Translations under genes and position numbers: made by a program
NCBI GenBank assembly: GCA_026770705.1
Contig: JANJGN010000016.1
Coordinates: 110,050,001 to 110,114,000, forward strand
Direction of reading: 5' to 3'
Length of the DNA: 64,000 nucleotides
Source: Isurus oxyrinchus
Lineage: Eukaryota
Notes under the pieces: model-generated
Database searches by the model: none
What the model was told of the DNA's origin: nothing
The model's input: the letters and a program-made list of their open reading frames with translations, nothing else
Shown: positions 24,373-39,300 of the stretch, one piece after another
Layout of the letters: each line of letters begins with the position of its first letter
How positions within the stretch are numbered: the first letter of the stretch is position 1

Positions 24373-25409
24373 CAAATTAGGTATGGATCTGATTCTCAGC
24401 ACACACTTCAGTACTGCTCAACAAATCCAAAACAAGACACACTGTAAGATAACACTCTATATTTCCAAACCAGTTAATGCTCTACATGCAGTTTTCAAAA
24501 TACTGACCGATTAAAATGACTCTTCCAATACAATACAGCCTCTAGATTGCAACCAGTTTGAGAAAATAATGGTTCAGGAGAATCAGTGTTCCTGCTGAGA
24601 CAATATGTATTGAATGTCACATACCATATATTCAGTAATATTAGTGTACAACAACTATCAACTTCAACAGGATTACTCAGGTTGTATAAAAGTTAGAGCA
24701 GACAAAAGCCACACCTTGCAATGACTATGTATTTTGATAAATCTTGTTAATAGTAATTCTGTCTAACCTTGGAAATCTGATCCCTAGTCTTAAATATAAA
24801 GTGTGCACCCCATATCAACCAGAAATAACATTGTCAGTTCAGTTTGGGTTGGTGGAGAGCAGAACCCAACAAGTAGGCCACACAGAAATAAGTAAGGGAG
24901 AGGGCTGAGTTAGTTCATGGTTATAGGTGCTTAAGAAGCACTTTGAGTGAATGTGGCGAGTGGATGATTGAAGATTAATGAGTCATACTCTTTTTTTTCT
25001 CTTTCTTCTCCTTCCCTTCTCTCTTCTTGCTGGCTCACATGTTCTCTTTTTTGCTCTTGCTCTCTTACACTTTCTCAGCATGATCTGAGCGATTGCCAGT
25101 ATCAACTTCTTTTTACTGATAAATATTTGAACATCTGTTTTATTTTTCTGATGCATCTTACAACAAGTTAGTAAGTGCACCTTCCAGCCCCACTAAGCAT
25201 AGGTTTTATAACTCTTCTAAGAAAATGACCCTCTCATGTGGTTGGGTGACAATGCGGTTGCCCTGCTTAGAAGCTGTTTAAATCATTTATGGGTCTCCAA
25301 TTTATGTTTATTAATGAGACTCCTGCCAGAGTCCAGCTGGAGCCTCTGCAGTAGCATTAAATTCCAGAGCATCGGGAAATGAGTAGGAAGTGGATCAGTT
25401 CTGTAATAT

Positions 25410-26455
25410 TAATTCATTGGAAGATGATCTTCTGAAATTGGAAAAATGCAAGATCAGTAGGAGATGGCATTCAACCCCAAAAAAATACTATATCATATGC
25501 ATCAAGAACTGAACAAACCACCAACAGATAGCTTTAGTTCTGTAATCAAGTTCTCCAACAGGTAGATACACAACCATACCTGGGGGTTCATCTTAAAAAG
25601 TATTCAGTTGGGATTCCATTGAAGCAGATTACATGCAAAACAAGCAAGGTTCTTGGATTTCCGAGAATATCAGAGTAACAGCTTACCAAAAGCTTGTTCA
25701 TCCAATCATGGAGCATGTGTGACATACTTGGTGGATGGTGCAGACTGACACCAACAGCGTGAGTTCAATTCCCTTACCGGTTGAGGTCATCCATGAAGCC
25801 TTCTCACTCTCGACTGAGGTGTGCTGACCCTCAGGTTAAACTCACCATCAGTCCTCTAGGACTACGGTAACTTTCATTTATTTTCATTAATTGTATGGCT
25901 AGAAATATTTTTAAAATTAAAGCGATCCAATGACATGCTTCACTATTCTGTATGAATCAGTATGGGAAATGCACCAGTGTCACATCCTTGATGAAAGATT
26001 TGGAATGGGAATCACAAAGGCAAAGGAAGGAAAAAAATACACTGGTCATGTTCTATAAAATATAGAGTGAACTGGTGGGAATTGATAGAAATAAGTACCT
26101 TGTATCCTCCAGCAAAGATAAGACATGAGGAAATGTCTTTGAGCAATGACAAGACATAAGAAAAAAAGAGCATTACTCATTAAACTTCAATTGTCTAATC
26201 TCCACATTAACTCTCAACCATGGACTAGGCTCCCTCTCTTATTTATTTATGTGTGGCCTGCATGTTGGCTGCAATCTGCTCCCCACCAACCCAAACTGAA
26301 CTCACAGTGCTACCCCCACGAACTACAAAGAACATTTGTTTCCAAGATAGTGTATCCACAATCTTTCTTTCAAGAACAATCCCACGGTGGAACATTGTGC
26401 CAAAAGAAATAGTCACAACTCCATTACTTGAAATCTTCAAGATCCATCTTTATAT
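25410..26455 (+). mobile_element. Old CR1-group LINE 3' fragment, distinct from the dominant CR1 family and interrupted by a SINE
   Basis: LEDDLLKLEK...MAFNPKK, PYLGVHL, SKVLGF, AYQKLVHPIMEH, SFF.RTIPRWN.VPKEIV..PLLEIFKIHL. Confidence 0.6.
25730..25880 (+). mobile_element. tRNA-derived SINE fragment
   Basis: B-box-like gagttcaattcc followed by ctgaggtgtgctgaccctcaggttaaa; head similar to the 26866 copy. Confidence 0.5.
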
Positions 26456-26865
26456 CATCTCCATTTGTAAGTTTTTTTCATTATCATAACTACCATGTCA
26501 GCTAGCTCTAACCACATTTATAAATGTTGACAAAGCACGGATGTTAGTCTGTGATGTTAACACAACCAAAGCAGAAACAGAAGGAGAAACCACTGCTCGA
26601 TTTCACTTCTCCATTCGGAGAGGGCTAAAATCCCTTCAGTGTCCATGTGAAGAATGGATAGATTGAGATGCAGAAGTTGACTAACAAACTATAACCCAGG
26701 CTGAATCAGCACTATCTCATTTGAAAATAAGCTGTGTTTTACTCAAACAAATTTGAGTGCAACCTTTGTAAATACTCCAAGGCAGTACACTATTTGTATC
26801 ATCACTTTGTTTCCTGAGGATTGGATAGTATGGCACTTGCAGATTGTTAAATGCAATCTGACTTT

Positions 26866-27120
26866 GGAGGATCGGTTAGCTCAGTTGGATAGACAGCTAG
26901 CATGTGGCTCAGATTAGTGCCAACGGCGCAGAATTGATTCCTGCTCCAGCTGAGGTAGGCTTCAGACCTGCCCCCTCACTCCCCCACTGAGGGTGGAAGC
27001 CAATGCCCAACCACCACTGACAAAAACTGCCAAGAAAATGCTTCAGGATGAAGCATCAGCAGACAGTGAGCCAAGACCCTGCCTTCAGGCAGAGCGGAGG
27101 GAAGGAATCTCACTAGAGCT
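26866..27120 (+). mobile_element. tRNA-derived SINE
   Basis: A-box ttagctcagttgg, decayed B-box, body ending in aaccaccactg..aaaactgccaagaaaa. Confidence 0.55.
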
Positions 27121-27617
27121 TTACAGAGCATATTTTTATATCTCCTCCTCTCCTACCTCTTACCATCCTGTGACTATGAAGCGGTCCATTGCTATCTCAA
27201 ACTTTGTTGAAATTGGAACGCTGAATAGAAGAGGCATGATCAGTAAAACTGATAATAGCACTTTTTCAGCATAGCGTCTTTTTAAAAATCATTGTATTTT
27301 GTCTGTAAATGTCGAGTTTTTGATTTTGTGCACTAACTGATTCACCAGTACAGCTATCAATGGACTTTGTACCTCCTTCAGTTCCTGAGCCTAGGTTAGT
27401 ACTCCAGCAGCAAATTACAAATGTGAAAACAACATTTGCAGTGAATCAACGACGTGAATCGGTTATTGAGGAAACATAAAATACTGAGCAATATCTGTTT
27501 AATTTAAACACTTAAATACTCAAAAGGTTTTAATTTTCTTTTTCAACTTTCATCTACAGTTCAGCCCATTTGATTCATTTCTTCCTCGTGGTTTATTTTG
27601 CTAACAAAGGGGAAAGA

Positions 27618-27651
27618 ATGTCACAAGTTCTTCAGTCCACACATCACCCAG
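27618..27651 (+). CDS. KANK4-like: KANK-family gene, first coding exon (exon spans 27560-27651; codes MSQVLQSTHHP plus the first base of Ala)
   Basis: Pyrimidine-rich acceptor ...tttcatctacag ends at 27559, ATG at 27618, donor CAG|gtagga after 27651. The 34 coding nt give phase 1, matching the CC start of the next exon (G|CC = Ala). KANK genes have a similarly short first coding exon. Confidence 0.75.
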
Positions 27652-27821
27652 GTAGGAATATGTATTTTGCAATGTATTGTTGAAATCAATTTCAAAGGCA
27701 ACCACCAATGCCTGAGCGGGTAAATGTATCAGTTGAGTCATATAAATCTGGCGGATGGGGGGAACATCATTTGGATCTTTATTTTGGTACCAACTCTTTC
27801 CATTTATTGCTTTTTTTTTTC

Positions 27822-28145
27822 TTTATTCTTTCATGGGATGTGGCCGTCACTGGCAAGGCCAGCATTTGTTGCCCATCCCTAATTGCCCGTGAACTGAATT
27901 GCTTGCTCAGCCATTTCAGAGACAGTTAAAAGTCAATAACATTGTTGTGGGTCTGGAGTCACATGTAGGTCAGACCAGTCAAGGACAGCAGATTTCCTTC
28001 CCTAAAGGGCATTAGTGAACCAGATGGGCTTTTACAATGATCGATGATAGTTTCATGGTCAGCATTACTAGACTAGCTTTCAATTCCAGATTCATCAATT
28101 GAAATTAAATTTCACCAGCTGCCATAGTGGGATTTGAACCCATCG
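27822..28145 (-). mobile_element. tRNA-derived SINE with LINE-like tail
   Basis: Minus-strand B-box ggttcaaatccc, body ggttcactaatg.cctttagggaaggaaatctgc; close copy at 38975-39300. Confidence 0.8.
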
Positions 28146-29499
28146 CCTGATGCACTGAAGGTTGTATGAATCTCAGTCCTCTTACCTGTCCAAGTGGCCA
28201 TGTGAACCCAGACCGAATGTTGGTAAGCTGTTTAACTATGGGAGGTATTCAAGCAATATTGGATTCTACTCTCCCCTGGTATCAACGTGTAGTCTCCAAT
28301 AACATCATTACTTAGCAGTTAGGAGCAGAAGTCCTCTGTGATTTTTCTCTACCCCATGGCCCCCGCCTTCCGCCCCTCCCGCCCCTCCCCCCACCCTACC
28401 TCCTCCATGGGTAATGAGCACAGTTTTGCTCAGTAAGATTTGTTAACTTAGAACAGGAAGGAGCGGTGCAGATGTGGGACCTTGGTGCCTTTAGATGCTA
28501 GGCCATTGGACAGCTCATGATCCAGCTCTTTAAATTACTGAGAGTACAGATAATATGGGTGTAAGTTGATTGGCTAACTGGGACTGTGAATGCAGATGCA
28601 CAGCATAAAGGATCAACATTAACTAATCTCCCACCAGGGAACAAATGTGAGGAACCTTTTCTCACACTGCAGTGAAGATGTAGCACAGGTGCCCTGCAAA
28701 AACAATTGATACTATATTGGTTAACTCTTTCAAAAATGAAATGGCTAAGCAACCGGAGGAAGTGTTTCTGCTAGGATTTTCATGATGATCTACCATAACT
28801 TAAATGAAAGAAGGACAAATCCCTGGAGGAATAACATAAATAACTATCCATCAAAGTTATGGTGGAGAATTGATAGAGTCACCATGGAAGTTTCAATACT
28901 GGTTAGGAACAGATGGGAAAGCCATAGAGAGTACAGTCTGCGATCATTTGCCTATGTAGAGTAGAGTTATATGACGGGACAAATTAATAGTAATGTCATG
29001 AGGTGCTGATTGGCTTTTGTTCATTCCATGCTTTATGTTCTTGGGTGTACTCACTCTCCACACTGAGTTAATAGTTGGCCTCTTGCTATGAGTAGAAATA
29101 TAATTCCACAAGCTTTGTGCTCCCAATTGCTTTCCTGTGACCCATCCTAGGGTGTGTGGCCAGAATTGGTGTTGGTTGTGATTTTCCTCCCATGCTTTGC
29201 ATGGAGTTTTACCCATTGAACTATTGGGGAACTTTAGAATCAAAAAAATGAAAATCTGAATGAAATTATATGCAAACTTTATTCCCATCTAGCTCTCAAT
29301 TAATTTGTATAAATCATTTTATTGTACCATTAAAAACAGCAAACATTTGGAAACTTGTAAAGGATGGTATAAGTTGAACGTAAATCTATACTGGTATCTT
29401 GCAACAGAAATTTTATTGGGTATTATGTAACAAATGAGCTGGATTTACATGTATGCCTTGTGAACTTCAAATCTTGCCACTTAATAGTAATTTTCTTAA

Positions 29500-31701
<2,202 letters not shown>

Positions 31702-32805
31702 TGACACAATTACTATTTAGATATTCCTCAGAATCAACAATTTAAGAAAACTCTTGTTTTATACCTGATTACTGCTTCTTTCTTTAAGGTGGTCTAGGTT
31801 TATGAGAGCGTGTGTTCCTCTGATCCCATATCTCAACTGACCATTCTTAATGTATTCGCCCAGATGCTGAACGTTGCCAGGTTATTTGACTAGGTGAAGC
31901 ATCATAGCTGAGTCTGATCTACTCCTTGCATGCCATTTGCAGACATTAATTTTTTAGCAAGGGTCTCTATTTAACAATCACTGGCTGACTTTTATTCATC
32001 TTCTAGCTCAGGGATCTGAGAATAATTGTCATGTCCCTAATATCTATCTACATTTGCTAAATCAGTACCAAGAAAGAAATTTGGCAGGAAAAAGCAGTGG
32101 AAATGCTGCATGAATGTTTCAGTTGCCACTGAGTGTACATCCAAGGGTATGAGTGAATAACCTACTGTCCGTAAAATGAGAAAAAGCATCATTCATCTGA
32201 AACCACAATCAACTAACTGGCAACAGTAGTGGGGATTATTCAAGAATTAAAAGGTTCACAAGTTATCTGGTTGGGAGAAGCACAACCTTAAAATAAACTG
32301 ATTATTAGATGGATTTCCTGCTGTTTTCTCAGTCGTACTAAAGACTTGTCAATTTTGTATGCTTCACACCTTTTCACAACCCTGACTCTTCACTCATTAG
32401 AACATTCAAGAAAGAATAATAATCGACCAACTGGTGAACCAAGTCGACCGCCCCCAACAATTTGCTAGCTACACCCACCCTCAATATTTTCCTTCCCACT
32501 CTTGAAATGTTCTTGGAGACACAAAAACTGGGAAAACACTCTGGGGAAACTCCAAGACAATGCAGCAAGCTCCAGAATACTGTAGCAATTCATCAATGAT
32601 TCCGGCTACCCCCACCCCTCCAATGTCTTCAACTCTCCAGAAATCATCTGGTTCCTTTTCAAAAGATAACTGTTAATTTGCACTTACTGAAGGTTTTAGT
32701 GATTCTTTCTAAAAGCCAATACAATCTGACATCTAATCTAACTCTTTTATTTTCATATTTTATACTTATGTCCTCTAGTTCTTCAATCTCTGTATCTAAT
32801 GCCAT

Positions 32806-33979
32806 TGTTATGACCAAGTGAGGAGAAGTGAACTGGATCCCCCTTTATTCAGCCTTCTCGACTGGTTGCAACAAAGGTTTTCAAATTTTTTACAACTGCC
32901 TTTTTCAAATCCAAGTGTATTTTTTTACTATCTATACAGTGAACAGTAAGAAGCCAATCAATGAGGCTTCCTTGAGTCAAAGAAAGAGCATGGTTATAAG
33001 CCACTCAACCCAAGATAAAATAATAAAAGTTGTGACATCACATACACACAGGTATCAAAAGTAAGGAAAGCTAGAGTCCAAATAAAAGTTAAAAGAATAT
33101 ACAGCTGGGATTCCTTTGCTGGTCTTTGAGGGGTGGATTATTAAATGTTGCAGCCAATCTAAGTTATCTGGTTCCTTTAAAATCCCAGAGTGGAATTGGA
33201 GACAATTTCCCTTTTTAATCCGTAAGCCACCTTTTCCAGAAATCAAAGAGTTTCTCCTGAGGTTCTTTCCAATTGAAATGCACTATCTCTGTGAATGATT
33301 TTTAGACTGTTAAGAAATAGGGTTTTGTTTAACTTAAGAGAGAGAGAGAGAGAGGGAAGGGCAGGGGAGAGAAAATTTCCTTACTGCTCCATTAGCAACT
33401 TCTCCAGATTCCTTGGCTTCTGCTTGGCAAACCCAGCTCTTAAAGCCCTTCTTGCTGTATATCCCAAAGGAACTTGATTACCATATCTGCTGTAGTCATT
33501 TTTGTAGAACAAGTAATCACATTTTGTTGTTTCATCTCAGAAACTTTTGACACATTTCAAGATAATAGAATCCAACAGGGGATGGGATTCTTTCATCCTC
33601 CACAGGGGGTTTGAGTGTCTATTGGTTGCATATCCTGGCTGACTAGCAGTTCCCCATTGTCTTAATGGATTCTCAGTTTCTGTTGGAGGGCTAAGCTTAT
33701 AAAGATGCAAATTACATGTCCATTCCTTTCAATGGCCCTTTTTGAAATGGACCTTGACAGCTCCCAGGTATGGAATTCAATGAGCAACATGTCAGCAGTG
33801 CGATCCATAAAAGATCAACTTATAATTCCAGACGTCAGGTGACTTGTGGCAGCCATTTTTAGTAAGTGTCTTTTCTTGTCTGAAAAGAAAATGTCCCTTT
33901 TAAACAGTTCAGTATGTTTTTGGCTAGCTGTTGAAGTTATCAGTTGATCACTCAGTCAAAATTTCCCATCGTTATGACA
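32806..33979. mobile_element. Solo LTR (1174 bp) with 4-bp TSD CCAT
   Basis: Begins TGTTATGAC, ends GTTATGACA (imperfect inverted ends, TG..CA); CCAT at 32802-32805 and 33980-33983; no coding capacity. Confidence 0.8.
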
Positions 33980-35744
33980 CCATTCAGGTATAGTCTGTTC
34001 ATGTCCTCATTTTAAAACCCTCAATCATTCATTGCAAAGTCTACACCCCATGATGAAGAAAGCTCCACTGTTAAGAGCCCGAATGCTAGGAATTGTTCTG
34101 TTTACGCTTCTCTGGACTTTCCCCACAATCTCAAAATCACAATTTTGGAGACAATTCCTATACGTATTAAGTTAATGCTGTCCTGCCTTCTATCTCCTGA
34201 CTGCATATGCATCATAAATTGGTGAAAAAGGTTTATGGAGGACAAGAAACTGACAGGCAGGCATGACATTAAGTAGAAATGGACCTTGAGCACAGAGCTA
34301 GGTGGCTCTGTTCAAGCTTCAAGTGAGTCTAGAGGTTCGAAGATATCTTCCCCTGATTAAGTGTGGGTCAGTGAAAAAATTCGCTACAAAAGTAGTTGAG
34401 ACTGAAGTGATTATCTCCTTTTAAAAAGGAACTGGATAATGATCTGGTCAATATTGAGTACAGTATTGGTGAAGGGCGAAGTGGTGATCAGTCAACATTC
34501 TAAACTTCTGCTTTGGAAGGCATGGGAATTTTTGTGGAACTTTTTCTCATGATGGGTGGGGCAAGATCGGCAACATGATTAATGGATGAAAAAGGATTGA
34601 TGAGACCCAAGGCCCATTCTCATTCCTTGGTTGTTTTTGATGATTACTGTAACACACTTTAGTTAAGTATCTGCATAGTATCCCATATAAACAGTGACAG
34701 ATAAGTTCAATGATACTTTCTAGTTACTGACAGAACCAAACCACTTATAATGTCCAAGAGTAAAAGTGCCAAGAATAATAAAGGAATAAGCTGCAAATTG
34801 CAATGCATTGGAAGAAAAGAAAGCACTCTCATTTATATAAAACCTCTTGGCATCAGGACATCCCAACACTCATTAATTACTTTTAATACATATACGTATA
34901 AATTCATTGACATATTGTTGCTATGTAGGCAAGTGAACAGTCAATTTATATAGATTAATGTCTCACAAACAGCAAATGGGATGCATGATTGGTTTAGCTA
35001 TTTTTTGGTAGTGTATATAAAGGGAGGAATGTTGGCTATTATGATGCCATAGTTGATAGAAGCATGTAATAATGAGGTGCATGTTCAAACTCGAACTATG
35101 CCAAGTTTCTGATCTCCATCCAGTGGCTGTGAAGGACAGTACTTAGAAAACAAACACTTCCCTCCAATTACTGTGGGCCATGTTCTCTATTGAGCACGGA
35201 AGAGTGACAGCTCCACCTGGGTGGCTGCAGTAAAATAATGAACAGTGCCAAAAAAGTGACTATAAAGAACTGCACAGAATATACAACACAAAAACAGGCC
35301 ATTCAGCCCAAATCGTCTGTGCTGATGTTATACTCTACTCTCCTCAAATTCCATCTACCTCATCTTATATTCAGTGCATCTTTCTGCTCCCTTTTTCATG
35401 TACTAGTTTAGTTTCATTTTGAAATCATCTAAGTTATTTGCCTCACATTCCAGCCACTCACTTAGTAAAGAAATTTCTCTTCACTCTCCCAATGTATTAG
35501 CTTGTATTTATTGCCCCAAAGTTTGGTTATCCCTACAAATGGAATCATTCTTTCCACATTTACCCTGTCCAACCCATTCAGAATTTTAAAGGCCTCTATC
35601 AGGTCTCCTCTAATTCTTCTTTCCTAAAGAAAGAATCCTTGACCTGTTCAATCTTTCCTGATAGCTGTGAGCTCTCAATTCTTGTATCATTCTTGTAAAT
35701 CTTCTTTTCCACTTTCTCCAGTGCTCCTATGTCCTGGAGACCAG

Positions 35745-37985
35745 GAGCTGGATTTTCACCTCCCAATGGAGATGCAAGTTGGTTTGCAAAACGCTGAACT
35801 TAGATTTTTTTTTTGCTGGAGACACAATTTTCCTTACCTCCCCAACCCCACACAATTTTTGTGTGGCCTTTTGGCAGGTTGGGAAGGCCTTGGGTGCAAA
35901 ACGAACATGAACCTCTTCCGAGGTCAGAGTCCCCATTGTGAGGACCACAAGGAGATTGTATTTCCTCCCACACATTATTTTCATGTGCTGGTGTGTCAGC
36001 CCTAAAAAACACCACATCTCCTTGGAGAATTCGTGACCACTGGGGGAAGCCTGATGAGGAGTTAGGAACATTCTGAAAGGTAAGTGTAAAATGTTTTGGC
36101 ACCATCAAATGTCACTATTGTAATGTGGATGTGTTTTTAATGCAGTGATTTGTCATGGAGACCTGTCCTGCATAGGTAACTTGAACCTTACATTGACCAG
36201 AAATGTGTAACTGTTATCATGCATTACAGTACTTTTCAAATTGTCAAAAGTGCCATAATACATTAAAAATATAAAAAAAAAATGCCCTGTCAGTCAGCTG
36301 TCACGTCTTTTTGCTGTGATTTAAATCAAATGAAATGTAAGCTCTGGCTGTTTAAAAAAAACCCTGCATTTGAAAGTTGAAAAAAAATGCATCTGCTCCC
36401 CTCCATTGATTGACAGGCACTCTGCTTTGAAATGGAAATGGGACATCATTCCGTTCTTTCAGTTTCAGGAAATGTAACTGGAAGCTTTTGTACTGACAGC
36501 TATAACTACTACAAATGCTTGGCTGGATTTCAAAAGTAAATAATAGCTTCAGCTCAGCTGGTGGTCTATTGATCCAAGAGCAATAGAAACCTTCAAGAGG
36601 CTGTAATAATAGAATATGCCTTTGATGTTGTTTCTTGTTTGTTTAAAAATTTAATCAGCACTTAAAGGATTATATATTTTTGCAACGGAGTAGATTTTTT
36701 CCCCCAGTATCAGTAATAGTGTGTTTGAATTCAAGGGGCAGAAATTTTCCCCCATCGGGGAGGGGGTTGTGCAGGGGCGGACAAGGGTGGGTATGAACCC
36801 GACCGGCGTCCCCAATCGAGGCCATGCCGTCATTTTGCGCGGGTGGGCCAATTAAGGCCCACCCAGCATGACGCATGCCCGATGCCCAGAAGCGCTGAGC
36901 GCTCCCTGAGTGGATGGAGAGCGGAGGGGGGTGGATTCTCTGAGTCAGGGCCTGCACTCTTTTGTGCAGGTGCACGAAAGAGTGCTGAAATCTCCCTGAG
37001 GCACAAAGCTGATTGGGAGACAATCCCAAGGCACGAAGCAGCCTCAGGGAAATTAAGTTCGAAATGAAAGTTTTTATTAAAGACAGAGAAGAATTATTTA
37101 GACATGTCCCCTCATGTGGCAGCATCACATGAGCTGGGACATGTTTATCAAATGTTTGAAAATTTTTTAATTTAATTAATATACCCTTCATGAAACTTCA
37201 TCCCACCTGTGGATGAGGTTTCATGAAAAATGTGAAGGCCGCCTGGGCTCTTTGCCTGCCCACCAACATGAAGGTTGGATGGGCAGTATTTTTAACTACT
37301 TTAATTACTTTCTTAATGGTTTTAATAGGCCTTTGACAGTTCGGCTGCGCGCTCGCCAAGCTGACAATCTAAATGACTCATGGTGATGTCAGGACACCTG
37401 CCCGATGTCGCCGTGCTTCATTGTACGCGTTGGTGAGCAGGCCCCGCCCCGCTCGCCGACCCAAAAATTCTTCCCAAGATTTTATTAGATTGTTAGGTGT
37501 TTAATTTTTGTTCCAATGATTTTAAAATAATTCCCATTGCTATTGCACAGCTCCTGAGGACTGTACATAGTGGCTACTGGGTAAGTGGCTATGGCAGATA
37601 TATGGGGGTATGGAGGTGGCATGGGCAATTTGTGGGAACATGGGGTGGCATAGGGTTTGGTGGGGTGAGGGGGCATGGAGATGGCATGGATGATCTGAGG
37701 GAGCATGGATTGGGTGGGAGGCTGAGGAAGTTGAGCGGTGAGATTTACAGAGCCTTCAACCTATGTTGGGAGCTAAGCTGCTATGTTGAAGAAGCAAGGC
37801 AGGCCTTCAAATTGGCCTGCCTTTGTACCCACATATCTCACACACTTCATCGTGGCTTGCAAAATTCACTGCAAACCCAACTGCTGTGTGAAAAGACAAA
37901 AGTCCCGGGCAAAGTCATACATTTTGGAAAGTGCAAAAGTGTGCAGGATTGGGTTTCCCCAAGCCCACAGACAAAAGCCAAGTCC
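35745..37985. mobile_element. Harbinger-type non-autonomous element (~1.5 kb without the nested insert), TSD CAG
   Basis: Ends gagctggattttc / aaaagccaagtcc; CAG at 35742-35744 and 37986-37988. Related sequence at ~59160-60140. Confidence 0.65.
36736..37475. mobile_element. Harbinger MITE (740 bp), TSD AAG
   Basis: Ends gggcagaaattttcc / aaaaattcttccc; AAG at 36733-36735 and 37476-37478. Subterminal blocks (aattaaggccc.cccagc; gtggatgaggttt) are shared with copies A and B. Confidence 0.85.
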
Positions 37986-38089
37986 CAGAACTATGCACAG
38001 TGCTCTAAGTGCAGCCTGACCAAGACCCTATGCAAATTTAGCGTAACTTCACCACTATTGAATTTTATACTCCTAGAAATCAATCTCAA

Positions 38090-38222
38090 TTCTGTTGAAG
38101 AGTCATACAGGCGTGGAACGTTAACTGTGTTTCTCTCCGCAGATGCTGTCAGACCTGCTGAGTTTTTCCAGGTATTTTTGTTTTTGTTTTGGATTTCCAG
38201 CATCCGCAGTTTTTTGCTTTTA
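38090..38222. repeat. Penelope-type terminal repeat remnant
   Basis: Reverse-complement homolog of 52302-52437; tcaattct duplicated at 38086-38093 and 38223-38230. Confidence 0.7.
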
Positions 38223-38974
38223 TCAATTCTTTGTTAGTATTTTCAATTGCCTTGCTGACCTTCAATGCTGCTTCTAATGATTTGTTCAACTGCATCCCTA
38301 GATCTCTTTGACTTCTACCATATACAGTTTTATATTTTCTAAGGTGCAGGTGATTCTCTTTTTCCTACCATAGTGCATCAGGTTACATTTGTCCACATTT
38401 TCCACATAACTGACCAGTTTGCAAGTTTTTTAATGTTTTCTTGTATTTTGTTACATTATTCCTTGGTGTTAGCTCTACCCCCCCTCTACTTTGATATCAT
38501 CTGCATATTTTGATAGAGTTACATATTTCCATGTCCAAATCATTCATGTAATTTATAAGTAAATTTATGATCTCAGCACGGATACTTGAGGAACATTGCT
38601 TTCTACCAACCTCCAATCTGCATAACTACCCTTTGCCCATACTCTCTGCTTTCTACTTTTTAGAATATTTGCCTTCCATTCAGCTATTTATCCCCTGACT
38701 CCATATGCCCTAACTCTTGTTATGAGCCTACCATGTGGTACTTTATCAAAGGCCTTTTGAAAACCCAATTATGTGGCTATCATCAAAATTATGACAGGAA
38801 ATAAGATTTGTTTTAAACATTTGAAGAATAGCATGTGCTTCTGTTGGATGCAATGCTCTTCAAGGTTATTAATGGTGACTCCTGGAGACATCATAACTAA
38901 GATAAATTACATCAGAAAGAAAGGTAATTGGTAAACTACTCTAAAATTGCCCCAAAATTCAGTTTCTTTATATT

Positions 38975-39300
38975 CATTCATGGGATGTGGGCATCGCTGG
39001 CTAGGCCAGCATTTATTGCCCATCCCTAATTGCCGTAGTTCAGAGTCAACCACATTGCTGTGGGTCTGGAATCACATGAAGGCCAAACCAGGCAAGGACA
39101 GCAGATTTCCTTCCCTAAAGGACATTAGTGAACCAGTTGGGCTTTTTACGACAATTGACAATCGACGTGGTCATCGCCAGACTTCTAATTCCAAATTTTT
39201 ATTGAATTCAAATTTCACCATCTGCCATGGTGGGATTTGAACCCAGGTCCCCAAAGCATTACCCTGTGTCTTGAGAATACTAGTCCAGTGGCAATACCAT
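38975..39300 (-). mobile_element. tRNA-derived SINE (same family as 27822-28145)
   Basis: Minus strand ggtattgccactggactagt...gggttcaaatcccacc head plus the shared body and tail. Confidence 0.8.

Larger units (their letters stand above)
35230..38770 (-). mobile_element. CR1 3' portion (35230-35744 plus 37986-38770) hosting nested insertions
   Basis: The CR1 sequence ggagac-cag-aact.tgcacagt is continuous across the MITE; RT motif FQKAFDKVPH on - at ~38730-38765. Confidence 0.75.

Noticed and set aside
32806-33979. Intact endogenous retrovirus
   Set aside because: Only one LTR-like unit between the TSDs; no gag, pol or env sequence.
37497-38237. 246-aa ORF
   Set aside because: It crosses MITE, antisense CR1 and Penelope-type pieces and has no recognisable domain; a chance ORF. 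The same holds for most 60-170 aa ORFs in the GC-rich Harbinger regions.
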